Position numbers and translations under genes: made by a program. Source: Octopus vulgaris (lineage: Eukaryota). Taken from it: a DNA stretch of 64,000 nucleotides. This document shows positions 29,115 through 43,356 of this stretch, one piece after another (the first letter of the stretch is position 1; every line of letters begins with the position of its first letter). The notes beneath the pieces were generated by a model. The model did no database searches. It saw only the letters and a list, made by a program, of their open reading frames with translations, and was not told the origin of the DNA. The DNA is taken from contig OX597835.1 in NCBI GenBank assembly GCA_951406725.2, positions 48,980,001 to 49,044,000 of the forward strand, read 5' to 3'.

Positions 29115-29799
29115 TAAATTATAGATAAAACCACTATTAGGCAAATCATAAAATGAAAACTTAAGCCAATACATAAGATTATTTAATTTATATTATTTAA
29201 ATATATAAAAAAATTATTAAAAAAATATAATTAATATAACACTACGATCGTTTCATATATATATATAAATATATATATATAAATATATATATATACAGTT
29301 ACATGCATATGTGGTAGCATGCATACACACACACGCATTCACAGATATATGAATATATCGATCTGTATTCGCTTAAGAAATAAAATTAAATTCATTCCTC
29401 AGTTGTTCGACAATTGAACGAATATAATTATTGCGCGAGTGGTTAATTATTCCACCCCAATTCCACACAAAATGAGTTGATACTTCTGACACTGATAAAG
29501 TTACCATTCGATGGATTAATTTTTTTTATATTTACAGCGTTTTTTTTTGTTTTGTTTTTTTTACTGCCACAAATTTTTGACCCAGCACTTAGCAGTTCGA
29601 CAGATGTACATCGGTGAAGTAAACAACGCGTTTGATCTACTAGACATCTGTGAACATGGAGTCCCAGCATGGACTTCATCTAATAATTTTAAGCTCCGAA
29701 ATTGTGCTGATTTGGGGTTATAAAGATGGCTGATGAAATGGGTTGATTCATCTCTGTGTTTTATCCTTTCTTTCACGATTGGCCATGAGATTGAACCCA

Positions 29800-30088
29800 G
29801 TAAGTTCCTAAGGGAACGAGACATAAGTTGTTTGCTTAAGACCAGCAGTCGCCCACGCATACCGGTCTCCCTGTTCCAAGCCACCGATGTTGTTCAAAGG
29901 AAAGGCAAAGGGGTCGATACACCTTGGCACCAGTGACGTCACTACTCATTTCTACAGCTGGGTGGACTGAAGCGACAGGAAATTAAAATGATTTGTTCAA
30001 GAGCACAACTCACAGCCGGTCAGAGAATTGAACTCACAACCACACGATAGTAAGCCCGATGCTCTACCCACTGAGCCATGCAACTTCG
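29800..30088 (-). mobile_element. tRNA-derived SINE (family C), diverged
   Basis: Head gcatggctcagtgggtagagcatcgggc...gagttcaattc; central cagctgggtggactg motif shared with 58930-59230. Confidence 0.7.
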
Positions 30089-30268
30089 TATTTGTATATA
30101 TACACTTATATATACACAAACATACATATGCATATATACACATATATATATGTATACAAGTACGCATATGCATGCTTATACACATACACATATATACATG
30201 TATGTATACATATATGTATATGTGCATAAATTATATATATCTATATGCATACAAAGATGAATATATGC

Positions 30269-30299
<31 letters not shown>

Positions 30300-30541
30300 A
30301 AGAGAGAGAGAGGAAGAGAGAGAGAGGGAGACGGAGAGACATAATATACATACACTTACATTTGAAATAAGTTTGCATACATTTATATATAAATGTGTGT
30401 TCGCGTGTATGCAAACGCACACATATGTGTGTGTATGTACACACACACAAAGACGCATAATTAAAAAATCCAAACACACACACACACAAACATACACACA
30501 TATATATATATGCACCATACACACACACACACGTTTGAGTT

Positions 30542-30580
<39 letters not shown>

Positions 30581-31122
30581 ATTTATACGTTTATATCTGT
30601 ACCTCTTTGCATATTTTTTTATCATAACATTCGGTTTATAGTTACGACCATTCCAGTCACCCCCGACCCGCCTCACCCACCCCCACCCCACACACACTCT
30701 ACTCGATTCCCACCCCTTTAACCATGCCACCCGACGAGCCACCTCCGCCCACCCTCACACCCTGTCACTCTAATTTCATTTGAAGCTGCTTATATGAATT
30801 TTTCTTCTTTTGTTTACTGTTTTGCTTTTGTTGTTCTTGTTTTGTTTTTGTTTTGTTTATTTGTTTATTTTGGTTATTCACTTTCTTTTTTCTTTATTTG
30901 TTTGTATATTTTTGTTTTCCTTATGTCAACAGTTTTCATTCTGCAATCTCATTATCATTTGAAACCGTATCGCTTACATTATTGATAAGAGGTTAATGTA
31001 AACATATATATATGTGCGTACGCGCGCGTGTGCCTGTGTGTGTGTACACAAATATACATGCATAAGTATATGTATATATAAGCATATATATATGTATATA
31101 TACGTATATATAACTATATATC

Positions 31123-31209
<87 letters not shown>

Positions 31210-31753
31210 CACAGAGATAAGTGCTAATATATGAAGGAGTGACATAAATAGTACAATTATACATACATTTATATAGAGACAGACACATATATGTATATAT
31301 ATGTATGTGTCTGAATGTGTGTGAGTGTGTGTGTTTGTGCTCATGAGCACATTACTCGACGAATTGATAGAGTGTCAGTCAAAATGCCTGTTGGTAGTTG
31401 TCCCTATTCCCCACGCTCCGAGTTCAAATCCGGCCGATGACAGCTTTAATATGCATTCATTTTTGGGGTATCACACTTTGCAGTCCACGCAACTGGACTG
31501 GAATAATTCCTAGGACATCGGGTTTACTGCTTTATAGAAACCGTTTAGGCTGTTTGCGTTCTGGGCTCAAATTCCACCTACAAATCAAGACAGGCCAGAG
31601 CGTAGAGCGTAACAATGTAACTCAAGAACGATGCTAGCATCAAACACGGTGACGCACTTTTTTTTGGATGATAGTGATTTCGAAGGTTTAATTTGGGGCC
31701 CTTCGTTATACTGCGTGACACAGGTGGCTCATCCGGTACGTCGCAATATCGCA

Positions 31754-31792
<39 letters not shown>

Positions 31793-31799
31793 GTTACAA

Positions 31800-32570
31800 A
31801 TGTGCAAAACACAAAAGTCAGAAACAGGTGATGGAAAAACAAACAAGTTGACGCTCAGGAAAAATAGAAAAATCTTTGACGTTTCGAGCCTACGATCTTT
31901 GACAGAAAAGGATGAGAAAAGAAAGCAGAGAGAAAGAAGAAACGTGTCTGGATTAAGGGTTTAGATATGCTCGACTGATACATGAAAAGTAAAAGATTAG
32001 AAGAGGAGAAAATGGTAATCCTGATCTCCAACGTAATCTGCAGGTTGTGTTAGAACAGAGAATACTGCATTGTTTACCTGAGAGGATCTCTCATAAAGGC
32101 CCGTGGTGCATCAGAGCAACGTAATTATGTTGTTGACAGATGAGAAGTGTCTACTAAGATCGACGAAACGTGATTTCACCCTGCTATGGGTTCCTCAGTG
32201 AAAGATGTCCAGCAACGCGATAACAGCCGAATCTCCCGTCGGCTCTCTCTATATAGAATCTCAATGTCTAGTTGGGCATCGGTGTCGCAAATCGCCAGTG
32301 AGCTTACTAAAGAAATAATTGACAGCGACAGAAGCGGTATTAATGCCAAAAGAAATCTTCGTCTCCAGCTTAATGCGGGGGTTGTGTTAGAATACAGAAT
32401 ACTGCATTATTTTATCTCGAGAGGGTCTCCCATAAGGACTTGTGGTGCATAAAAGCACTCGTCATGATATCGTTGACAAACTCGATCTGGCAGTTCCGGC
32501 GACCGTAGCAGAGAGAAGTGGCTGGAGGCGTGGGTGGCAAGAGAAACGACATTGGCTTAGCAAATGTGTG
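31800..32570 (-). mobile_element. Penelope-type terminal repeat remnant with internal ~140-bp direct repeat and hammerhead-like motifs
   Basis: Repeat units at ~32017-32150 and ~32354-32485; CTGAGGA-ACCC-atagca-GGGT-GAAA on minus at 32157-32204; gctcgaaacgt...cctgagcgtc shared with 11618. Confidence 0.55.
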
Positions 32571-32873
32571 TATATGTGCGTATGTGTGTGTACACCCTCA
32601 TAAACGCACACAAACACACACAAACACACACACAAACACACACATAAACACACACACACAAACACATATATACATACAAAAATATTCCTTTAAGTAGATA
32701 GATAGATACATACATATATACACATACATACATAGACATACATACATAAATAGATAGATAAATTTAAATTTAAAATAATAAGGGTGAAAAATTGAATATT
32801 AATTTGATTAATATCAATTTAAAACCAATGGTCTAGCATAAAGAAAAGTCTGAAGATTCAGAAAAATTGTATC

Positions 32874-33301
32874 ACATACATATAAGAGGCATGACCACCA
32901 AGTGGACATCCATATGCTAGAAGTCAACCTCCAATGGTCTTACGGGTATTTTGACGCGCCAAAACGAAGACTTTTGAAATACAACCCCAAATGTAATTGG
33001 TAGAACTATATACATGTTCAATCTCATGTGGACGTCCCGTGTATAGTTCTGCAAATTATATTTTGCTTTGACGACCGCACTGACGATTTGCGCACATTCT
33101 AAGTGATTACGTAAGTGGTAACAACGAAACTGGTTTGTGATTAATCTGTATATTTTGTATCTTTTCATTTGTCTTGCTCGCTTACGTTCTGGCGTTTGCT
33201 AAATTTTCTTGAGAACGCTCCTTTCTTAGTGGTAAGACCATAGGGGGTCGACTTCTAGCATATAGATGTCCACTTAGTGGTCATCCCTCTTATATGTATG
33301 T
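32874..33301. mobile_element. Inverted-repeat element (~70-bp arms, ~290-bp spacer) with a degenerate hammerhead motif
   Basis: acatacatataagagg..atgaccac..agtggacatc..tatgctagaagtc vs its reverse complement at 33232-33301; CTGACGA...CGAAACTGGTT at 33080-33135. Confidence 0.7.
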
Positions 33302-34419
33302 AAATAGATAGATGGATAGATAGATAGATAGATAGATAGAAACATACATACATGTGAGTATGTATATGAATGCATACACACACATGTTATATACGTACAT
33401 AAAAATGTATAAGGAGCATGATCATAGCACCAAAGAATCAGCTGGACCCAGCATTAATTCCACTGCATCACTGCATGTGCCTGAGCCTAGTGTCGATAGA
33501 AACCTTTTCGATGAAAATGAGCAGAGGCCTACTGTGCAGCAAATATTCTTATACACCCTACTTGCTAGTGAAGGTAGAATTAATCAGTCGCCCTTTTTCA
33601 CACCACCATCACGCTCTACGTAATCAATGTAGCAACATATTCAATCTTATGTCATCCATGAGTCTCTCTTACTCAACAAAGAATTCATTTGCTGCGTTCT
33701 TTCCACATCACACTTAACTATAATATGTAAATTTAGTTTTCTTAAAGTTCAGCTCAAATTCAATTATTTTGACCTCATAAATGAGAATATTCGTGTTTTT
33801 TAATATTTCAAAAGAAAAATGTCGGATAACCTTCAAAACGATTATTACGCGACCCAATTAAATCGCAGGGATTTCTGTTGCTAACGTATATTTCATCTCT
33901 AACGGATTTTCTTTTGTTGCTTTTTTTTTCGGGTGGTGGGTGGGGGTCAGTTTATATATAAGATCGATTAAATTTTACTACTGTTAGGGAATCGGTAAAA
34001 CGTAATACTCAGGGTCATTCCCATCTGTGAACTCATACAATTTTAATTTTTTCATTTGTATTGATATCGTTTACACGATTACCTCGTTACACTGAGCATC
34101 GACAAACTTTATTTCATTGCATCCCTTCGCGTAATTTTGATAAAATACCAACAATTGAATATCAAAAAGCATAAAAAATAGAAACAATTCTGGATTTACA
34201 AACAATATTTCCGTTCTTTTGTGTTTTTACCGCTTCTTAATAAGAAATATTTTAATAATACTTAACGAAACTGATTAAGAATGATAAAAATTCGACCATG
34301 TTATATTGATATAATCGGAATATTTGATGGTTATCAAAGTCCTACATAACAACATAGTCCCCACCCCCTCAAACACTTTGCTTACCCCCGGTTTTTTTAG
34401 CATAACAGTGGACATCACT

Positions 34420-34541
34420 GTGTAGACGGGTAGTTTGTCACAGGACGGTTCTTTGGGCGAGTATCTTTCTTCAGCAACAACTCTAGGCAGAACAATACCT
34501 TGTCACTGAATATAGTAGACAGAAACTGTATGGAATCCGTC

Positions 34542-34583
<42 letters not shown>

Positions 34584-34626
34584 GTGTGTGTCAGTGTATA
34601 CGTCGTGGGTATATATATTCATATGA

Positions 34627-34673
<47 letters not shown>

Positions 34674-35030
34674 AATATATGTATGCCTATATATATATAT
34701 GTATATATGTACGCATGTGTGTGGACAAACGAAAGAATGGCACTCAACCAATTTCTTGTGAGTTACATGTATGGATCAAAACAGTTTCGTTGGTACTCTT
34801 GAGTTTCAAGTGTGATGCTAGTCGTTAGCCAAAATATATGCGTGTGTTTTTGTTTATCTCTCCGCATGTGTTCATTTGTTTACGCCCCAATTTCTTAACG
34901 GTTCATAGAAATACGTCGATAGAATAAATACCAGCCTTAAAATATACGAGGTGGAGTTGATTGACTAAACACTTCAAAGCGGTGCCTCAGCATTATTTCA
35001 GTCTAATTACTGAACAAAAAAAAGACAACA
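34420..35030 (+). mobile_element. SINE family A, old, with expanded internal microsatellite
   Basis: ttgggcgagtatctttct, gtagacagaaactg and tail motifs. Confidence 0.55.
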
Positions 35031-35094
35031 TTAGGAAGAGCATTTTTATGGATTTGGAAACGAAAACATGCAATGAATTATTATTATTAGTATT

Positions 35095-35400
35095 CAGTAG
35101 TGTTATGTTTATATCGTGCTTTCACTTCACTTTCGAGCGCAGCTCTGTGTGCCTTGGGTATGTGTTGTGCTTTGTTGTCATGCTCTTATGGTTACTGTAT
35201 TGAAAGTGTTTTACGTAGGATGTGTGCGGTGCCCAGTACTGCAATTTCCTGTATGTTATATATATATATACTTGTAAGTCCTGGTGTTTATGTTATGTAT
35301 TTCCCTGAATATTTTTTATCATACCTAATGCGCCTACGATGATAGGAATTGTTTCTGTTTTTAGATTCCACATTCGAGTTACCTCTATTTCCAGGTCTTT

Positions 35401-35403
<3 letters not shown>
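35095..35403 (-). mobile_element. R4/Dong-like RLE 3' end
   Basis: Near-identical to 55392-55696; flanked by (TTA)n. Confidence 0.85.
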
Positions 35404-35434
<31 letters not shown>

Positions 35435-35446
35435 CATTATTATTAT

Positions 35447-35806
35447 TGAGTGAGAGAGCAGTGCATGCCATCAAAGTGACACTGGGGTAAAATATACGAA
35501 GCCCAGTATACCCATCATGACTACCCGTCTGATAAGGGTAAACTAGGCACATGCATCACAACCATGTGTGCGCGACATGGTGATCTCATATCAAGATAAA
35601 CAGCGCATGACCTTGCAGGTGGGGCCCAGTTAGAAATTTCTTCAGGTTGAGTAGCCCATCCCGCTCAAAAGGTCCCTGAATAAGGGTTGTTTAAGGATGA
35701 TGAAAGAACCACCCATGTTTCCAGAGGTGAATTATTCAAGCCCCAAAGAATCCCTCTCAACACATGGCTATGATGCTCCCCCACTACTTCTGCTCGTGAT
35801 CAGAGA
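35447..35806 (-). mobile_element. Family E element, truncated
   Basis: Matches 2871-3237. Confidence 0.85.
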
Positions 35807-36042
35807 TTTTTTTTTTTTTTTTTTGTACTTGTTTCAGTCATTTGACTGCGGCCATGCTGGAGCACCGCCTTTAGAGTGGTGAAAGAGTACAGCAGGGATC
35901 ACCACCATCCCCTGCCGGAGCCTCGTGGAGCTTTTAGGTGTTTTCGCTCAATAAACACACACAACGCCCGGTCTGGGAATCGAAACCGCGATCCTCCGAC
36001 CTCAAGTCCGCTGCCCTAACCACTGGGCCATTGCGCCTCCAC
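35806..36042 (-). mobile_element. Chimeric SINE: family B tRNA head/body + family A tail + poly(A)
   Basis: gtggaggcgcaatggcccagtggttaggg head; ctaaaggcggtgctccagcatggccgcagtcaaatgactgaaacaagt tail; long T-run on +. Confidence 0.75.
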
Positions 36043-36074
36043 ATGCTATTATTATTATTATTATTTTTTTTTTT

Positions 36075-36716
36075 TTTCCTTCTTTCAAATTTGCTTCCAT
36101 TTCTTGCCGAGTGTCTTCCCGACTCCTAGGGCAAAGAAACTCATAGTATACATTGGTAGGCCATTAAACCAAACTCAGTAGTTCGTTCATTAAAATACAT
36201 GAGCAGCAACAGTTCTCACATCGACAATGCTCTTCTCAATACGTGTGATGTACCAGTTAAGACAAGCTTTTGCACTTCTTGCAGGGATGGTAAGCCAGGG
36301 ATCATTCTCATATAATTTTCGGTTCCCTTCTTGATCATTCCTAGTGCTCCTACGATCACTGGTATTGTAACCGCCTTGAGATGCCACATTTTCTCAATTT
36401 CAATGAGTAGGTCTTTATATTTTCTGAGCTTGTCAAACTCTTTCGCTGAGATATTATGATCACAGGGGATGCTCATGTCGATCAATAAGCAAACTTTATT
36501 GTTTTGGTCTTTCACAACAATATCTGGTTTATTGGCCTTGATGGTTCGGTCTGTATGTACTGGAAAGTCCCACAGAATGGTTACATTTTCTCCTTCAGTT
36601 ACAGCCTCAGGGTGGTGATTATACCACTTGTCGGCAGTTTTAATATTGTAATGCCGACTTATTAGCCAGTAGAGATATTGGCCAACTCTGTCATGTCTTA
36701 ATTTATACTCCACTGG

Positions 36717-36717
<1 letters not shown>
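36075..36717 (-). mobile_element. R4/Dong-like retrotransposon 3' end with open RLE domain (ORF 36216-36713)
   Basis: RHDRV...ILWDFPVHTDRTIKANKPDIVVKD...LLIDMSIP...KLRKYKDL...PVIVGALG: PD..D restriction-like endonuclease; flanked by (TTA)n. Confidence 0.92.
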
Positions 36718-36805
<88 letters not shown>

Positions 36806-36819
36806 CATCATTATCATCA

Positions 36820-36881
<62 letters not shown>

Positions 36882-36883
<2 letters not shown>

Positions 36884-37510
36884 AAAACTCAGCTTATTTT
36901 GCTAGGTATGATGGAAAGTGTCAGCTGTGCACAGCCAGCAGACTAAGGTGACACTTGTTTACTGGTCATGTTTCAAGAACCCTGCGAAGAATTCGCTGAT
37001 TTTTATAGGTGTTCTATCTTCACACTCACACCAATCTTTTTTAGCCATGTTTGTAGCCAAGTGCTAATACTTCCAAGTGCACCAATTACTATTTGGTATC
37101 ATGTCTACTCTCTTTATTGACCACAACCTTTGTATTTCCCACTTCAAATCGTCATAGTTGTTTACTTTTCCTTCTTTCACATTGACCCTTTTGTCACCGG
37201 GCCATGCTATGCCGATAATCATACATGTTCTTTCTTTTTTATTCACAACAACACGTCCGGTTTCCGATGTCTGGTCGGATGATCGCACTGGATCATTGCA
37301 TCCCACAGGATTTTGCAATTCTCATTTTCGGTGATTTCTAGTGTTTTTTCATGCCATGTCTTTGCTGTTTGTAGGTCGTGATTTCCAAAGAGTTCCCAAT
37401 GGATCATTCATGCCATATTGTCAAGGCCTCTTTTGTATTCGCATTGTGCCAATTTCGGGCATTCGCTAACGATGTGCCATACCGTTTCTCCCCTCTCATC
37501 ACACCAACGA
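36882..37510 (-). mobile_element. R4/Dong-like fragment (zinc knuckle + RLE), degraded
   Basis: GETVWHIVSECPKLAQCEYK; TCMIIGIAWPGDKRV; DLKWEIQRLWS. Confidence 0.85.
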
Positions 37511-37649
37511 GGTCGTCTTTGCCTTTCATCCTTTCGGAGTCGATAAATTAAGTACCAATGACATAATAACTTGCCCCCTCTCACCAAATTTCAGACCTTG
37601 TGCTTCCAGTAGAAAACAATCATTATTATTATTATTATTATCATTATTA

Positions 37650-37710
<61 letters not shown>

Positions 37711-38149
37711 TTATGACAAACGAAGAAATATTTACGAAAAGTGCTGATTTAGCATTTATTTTCATTAATTTAGAAGCTAAGAAAATGAGATGTGGGATAC
37801 AGAATTGAATAATCAATTTACGCATGCCCTTACATTACATTTAATGACTGCAAACAAAATTTTACTAATATTTTGTAAGTTAGTAAAGCCTATCAAAAGA
37901 GAGTCAAATAAAAATAGCTTTATAATTAATCAAACTAATTACTGTCGTGAAATCTCAGCTTTCTGGTGTTGGTTCAGTACAATCAGTAATATTACCTGTT
38001 TTGTCGTTGTTGTTGGTTTTGTTTTTATTTTTTGGTTTTATTTTTGGTTGTTGTTCTTTTTTTTTTTAGCACTTAGACCCCCTAAGGCTCCACCAGTTTC
38101 CAGGGCACCCGTGATCACAACGTTTGCCTGAATGAGACGCCGGTCCGTT

Positions 38150-38340
38150 GCAGTGTTCAAGACCAAATATCTCAAGTTATGTTGATCCTTGTAATTGAAT
38201 GATGCACTTATTTTATCGATCCCGAATGGATGACAGGCAAAGTTACCTTGGCAGGATTTATAGTCGGAACGCAAACAGCTGGAAGTAATGGCACTAAGCA
38301 TTTTGTCCGACGCGCCACCGATTCTGCAAGCTCCAAGCCT
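38150..38340 (-). mobile_element. SINE family D, diverged
   Basis: tttatcgatcccgaatggatgacaggcaaagt...ctaagcattttgtccgacg. Confidence 0.65.
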
Positions 38341-38753
38341 TAGTAGTAGCTGTAACACACTTCTATAAAACCTACCCAGTTTGATACGATTGAATTTTAA
38401 TGTTCGATTAAGAAATATTTGATTCAAAATGTTTACAAATAAAGGATACATGGACATTTATATATATGCAGCTTTAGAATCTAGATTGAAAGCGTAAGGT
38501 AAGGAAAATATTAATTATCTTTCTTACTCCATTATCATATACCTGAGAAGAGGTGAAAATTTATTCACATTTTAAATAAACGATCAGCAAAAGTTACCGC
38601 GAAAGAACAGAGCCAGGAAAAATCATTAAAAATATTTCCATAAAAGTATTTTTCGGGTTGATTAAAATAACATTGGAAAGAGGCGAACGAATTTATCTGA
38701 CAACCCAATAAATTATAACGTGTATGCCTGTGTGTGTGCGTACGAGTGAGTGA

Positions 38754-38784
<31 letters not shown>

Positions 38785-38864
38785 CCAGTGAGGGTGTATA
38801 AGCGTATACATAGATGTGTGTGTGTCTGTGTGTGTGTACGTTTGTGCGTGTGCGTGTATGCATG

Positions 38865-38943
<79 letters not shown>

Positions 38944-38981
38944 TATAATAAATCCTGTATATTCTCATAATGAATATGTAC

Positions 38982-39012
<31 letters not shown>

Positions 39013-39360
39013 GTTGCATATAAATATACATATAATTTATAAATCCTTTATCCTCAACTTATTTTTAAAATGTTTACATATAAAGGATATATGCAGCGAC
39101 ATTTGTATGCGTATGCGTGTATGTGTAAGTGCATGCAACTATGTATGTTCACATGTACGTGTATTAGGGTGTCTAGTTTCATTCTGTCTCCCCAGGGGCA
39201 GACAGGAAATCAATTGGGTTTAGATTTTATAAGTTGGCATGTGCCTCTTGAGAACATTATGTGTTGCTTGCTAATGAAATAACACTACAAGTTACTATAA
39301 CGAGTCCGTGTGTTGAACGATAAAGGAGTCGACTGTCCTGCCTAAATAGCATCAACATCA

Positions 39361-39562
39361 TCAACAACAACAACAACAACAACAATAACAACAACAAGAT
39401 GAAGAAGAAGAAGAAGAAAAAGAAGAAGACGAAGAAGAAGAAGAAGAAGAAGAAGAAGAAGAAGAAGAAGAAGAAGAAGAAGAAGAAGAAGAAGAAGAAG
39501 AAGAAGAAGAAGAAGAAGAAGAAGAAGAAGAAGAAGAAGAAGAAGACGAAGAAGAAGAAGAG
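39361..39562. repeat. (CAA)n/(GAA)n microsatellite
   Basis: Direct inspection. Confidence 0.95.
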
Positions 39563-39759
39563 GAATGATAATAATCAACCCTTTTCAAAAAACACATCCA
39601 TCGTCAGCCAAGCATCTGTCTCTCCGTGAAATTACGTTGAGGTTCGTTTACCATGTTTGATTGCTTATGTTGCGATTAGAACTGTTTTTGATATAGAACG
39701 CAGTTGACTATGGAATAATTGGAGGTTACATAATATTTTATACTTTTTGTCTGTTATTG

Positions 39760-39832
39760 CTTTCAGTCATTGGATTTACTGCCAGGAGATCGCATCGACC
39801 GAGTTTTAGTCGATCAAATCAAACTGGCACTC

Positions 39833-39907
<75 letters not shown>

Positions 39908-39924
39908 CATTATTATTATTATTA

Positions 39925-39988
<64 letters not shown>

Positions 39989-40145
39989 CGATTTATTTTT
40001 TCTGGGTTTTTTCTGTTATTTCTGCTAATTAGTCTATTGATCTTTGTTTTGCCGAAGTGCTAAGTTACAAGGATGTAAACAAATAAATGGCCATTGTCGA
40101 GTGAACTGGTATAACATCAAGACAAGTTAAAAAGCACAAACAACT
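39760..40145 (-). mobile_element. SINE family A remnant with internal (TTA)n expansion
   Basis: tttcagtcatt...ttttagtcgatcaaatc and tttgccgaagtgctaagttac. Confidence 0.6.
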
Positions 40146-40285
40146 CATACACACGCGCACACACACACATATGCATATATATATACATCTATGCAAATAT
40201 TCATATACATGTATATAATAATACACACATACACGTATATATGTATATGTGTGTGTGTGCCTATGTGTGTGCCTATGCGTGTGCA

Positions 40286-40321
<36 letters not shown>

Positions 40322-41124
40322 CATACAGCATAAGTCAACTTGTGACTGAGCAAGTCTATTTGCTGATCTCAAAAAACCCATGTAAACGTTCGGAGAGGCC
40401 CAGAAGTTTTTGTTTTCAGTGCACTTGACCCACATTCCAGATACAGAACGTTAAGCTCCAGAACCAGTGATGCCACAGAGGTTGAGATGACCAAAAACCA
40501 ACAGCATTTCAGTTTATGCAGAATATATATATAGATATATTCTTATCTTTTGCAAACAACTGTCAGATGCAAGTGCTACAAGTTGAAAGCTGCGCATATC
40601 GGATGCTAGCAACTTTATGGGGTCATCAGGAGAGAATACGCCCTATTTTGGAACCTTCCTCTCACGGCATTAATACGCACCGGTCTCTCTCACTGAGAAT
40701 CATAATGGTGTTTGCTTTACGATGAGTTAGGCTTAGCGAAAACAACAGTCGCCTCTCATTTTTGTCCAATGAATCCGTAACATTCAACTCTGCATTACAG
40801 CTTGCGTCTTCACATTCCTCGAGAAGGTTTATGTAAAAGTCGATCTTTCGAGTCCTAGCGATGTCCATGTTATTTTCATTGAGGAATCGTTAACGGGACT
40901 AGATTTATTACTTTCTTTCACATCACCTATTTCATTGCTCATGAATTTTAACAACAAAAGTCTTCTGTGCATTAACAAGGCTCATATTGATCCCAAATGA
41001 AAACCAGGAAGTCTAACAGAAGTATAAAAGCCGACGTTACAAGCTTGTTCTGTTGTAACAAGATTAATACCTAGAGAGGTTAATTTTTTTTTAAATAACT
41101 ACAGAGGGCAGAGCATGAGCAATA

Positions 41125-41388
41125 TCTTTTTCTACTTTCAGCCATTAGACTACGGCCATGCTGGAGTACGTCTTCACGAATTTTAGTCGAAAGAATCAAC
41201 ACCAGGACTTATTTTCTTTTTTTAGGTTTGGTCCTTTTTCTATCGGTCCCTTTGCCGAATTCCTAATTTACAGGCTATAAACACACCAACACCGTTCACT
41301 AAACGGTGTTAGGGGGACTAAGCTAAACATACACACACATATATGTGTATGTATCTATGTTTATAAAATGTATAGTCATGTATATATG

Positions 41389-41482
<94 letters not shown>

Positions 41483-41935
41483 GGATTAAGGAAAGAGAAA
41501 GTGGATTTGATATTAGTCTTTACAAAGGCTAATACCAAATCCATCTTCTGTTTCCTTAACCGATTATTATTATCTCAACTAACGCTGCGGAATTCCTGCA
41601 GTAGATGCAACGGAAATATACCCCAAATTCAGATCACACCGGGTAGCCAAAACCGTGCTGGTGCTTTACTCGACACATCAACACACTAACGGACATATAC
41701 CCATTAGTCCAAAAATATTGCATATATATATAGATAGATAGAGAGAGAGTGAGGGGAGAGATGCCATACAGACATACAGGCATACGACGGGCTTCTTTTA
41801 CAGATTCCGTCTATGAAATCTAGTCACGAGTGTTTGGCCGGCCCGAGGCTTTAGCAGAACACACTTGGCCAATGTGACTGATCCTGGGACCATGTGGCTT
41901 GGAAGCAAACTCCTTACCGCAACCCCCATACCGGT
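41125..41935 (-). mobile_element. SINE family A split into tail (41125-41335) and head (41783-41935)
   Basis: cggccatgctggag...; cgacgggcttcttt...ggcccgaggct...accatgtgg. Confidence 0.6.
41479..41566. repeat. Near-perfect hairpin (~42-bp stem, 4-nt loop)
   Basis: ttaaggaaa/tttccttaa, tggatttg/caaatcca, tattagtctt/aaggctaata. Confidence 0.85.
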
Positions 41936-42142
41936 TTTATCTGTAGAACATGTTGCCCTCCACTTCTTATTGCCATTATATTATATAACAATACTTGCAG
42001 ATAACTGTTCATGTATTTAATCTAAAATGCATTTCAAATCTTAAAAACATTTCGTCTTTGCGCAACGTTTCACAATACACCGGGAGTCGATCGGGGTCGC
42101 GTGCCGCAGATTGTTAACCGTTGATACTACTACTACTATTAT

Positions 42143-42203
<61 letters not shown>

Positions 42204-42464
42204 TATATGGTGGTGGTGGTGGTAGTCGTGGTCGCGGTGGTTTTCAAGTGTGGTGATTATGTGGTGTTAACTTTATAAATATATTCAAAGATGCAATCAG
42301 CGCATCACTTGATGTTTTCCTCACCTCATTAAAGTTTTATGACTGACAACTGCAGCTGTTGGTGATCTCCACCCACGCACTCTCCCCCTCTCTCTCCTTC
42401 TTCCTCACTCTTCCTCTCTCTCTCTCTCTCTCTCTCTTTTACCTATCTAATTATCTATCTGTGA

Positions 42465-42502
<38 letters not shown>

Positions 42503-42555
42503 GCATCGATCTCTGTGTATAGAGATGAATGCCTCTACATGCATTTATATATATA

Positions 42556-42590
<35 letters not shown>

Positions 42591-43087
42591 ATACTTATAT
42601 ATATATATATATATGCGTTGTATGTATATGTATGTATATGTATGTGCATACAGATGTAACTATGTATGCGTGTATGAATATTTCCCTCACCTGCACGTTA
42701 TATGTTATGATGGTTATGATGATGATGATGGTGGGGGTAGGAGTGGAGGTGGTGGCAATCATGGTGGTATTTGTGGGGTTAGCAGTGGTTGTACCTGTGG
42801 TGGGAGGAGAAGGAGCAGAGATAGATCTATTGATGGGGGGGGGGGGAGATTGCTTAGAAGGAAAGGGAGACGGTGGCAGGCGTGTTGTAAGAATAGCGAG
42901 GGGGGGATAATAATCGATATAATTAATATCTTTTTTGTTAGCATTAATTTTATTGCCCCTGCAACTACTACTACAACTACTACTACTATTACAACTACTA
43001 CTACTATTACAACTACTACTACTATTACAACTACTACTACTATTACAACTACTACTACATTTACAACTATTCCTCATCTAACTACTT

Positions 43088-43147
<60 letters not shown>

Positions 43148-43294
43148 ATTGTGGTTGTGGTGGTGGAATATTATTTGTATATACTCAAAAATACTCAACA
43201 AACAAACGCACTCATAATCGCTTATTGTGGCCACAATGATCCCGAGATAGCTAAAGAGGAATGTATAACTGTTCTGTGTGTGTGTGGAGAGAGA

Positions 43295-43355
<61 letters not shown>

Positions 43356-43356
<1 letters not shown>

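Noticed and set aside
33354-33717. Possible host exon
   Set aside because: No recognisable domain, weak splice acceptor, no partner exons
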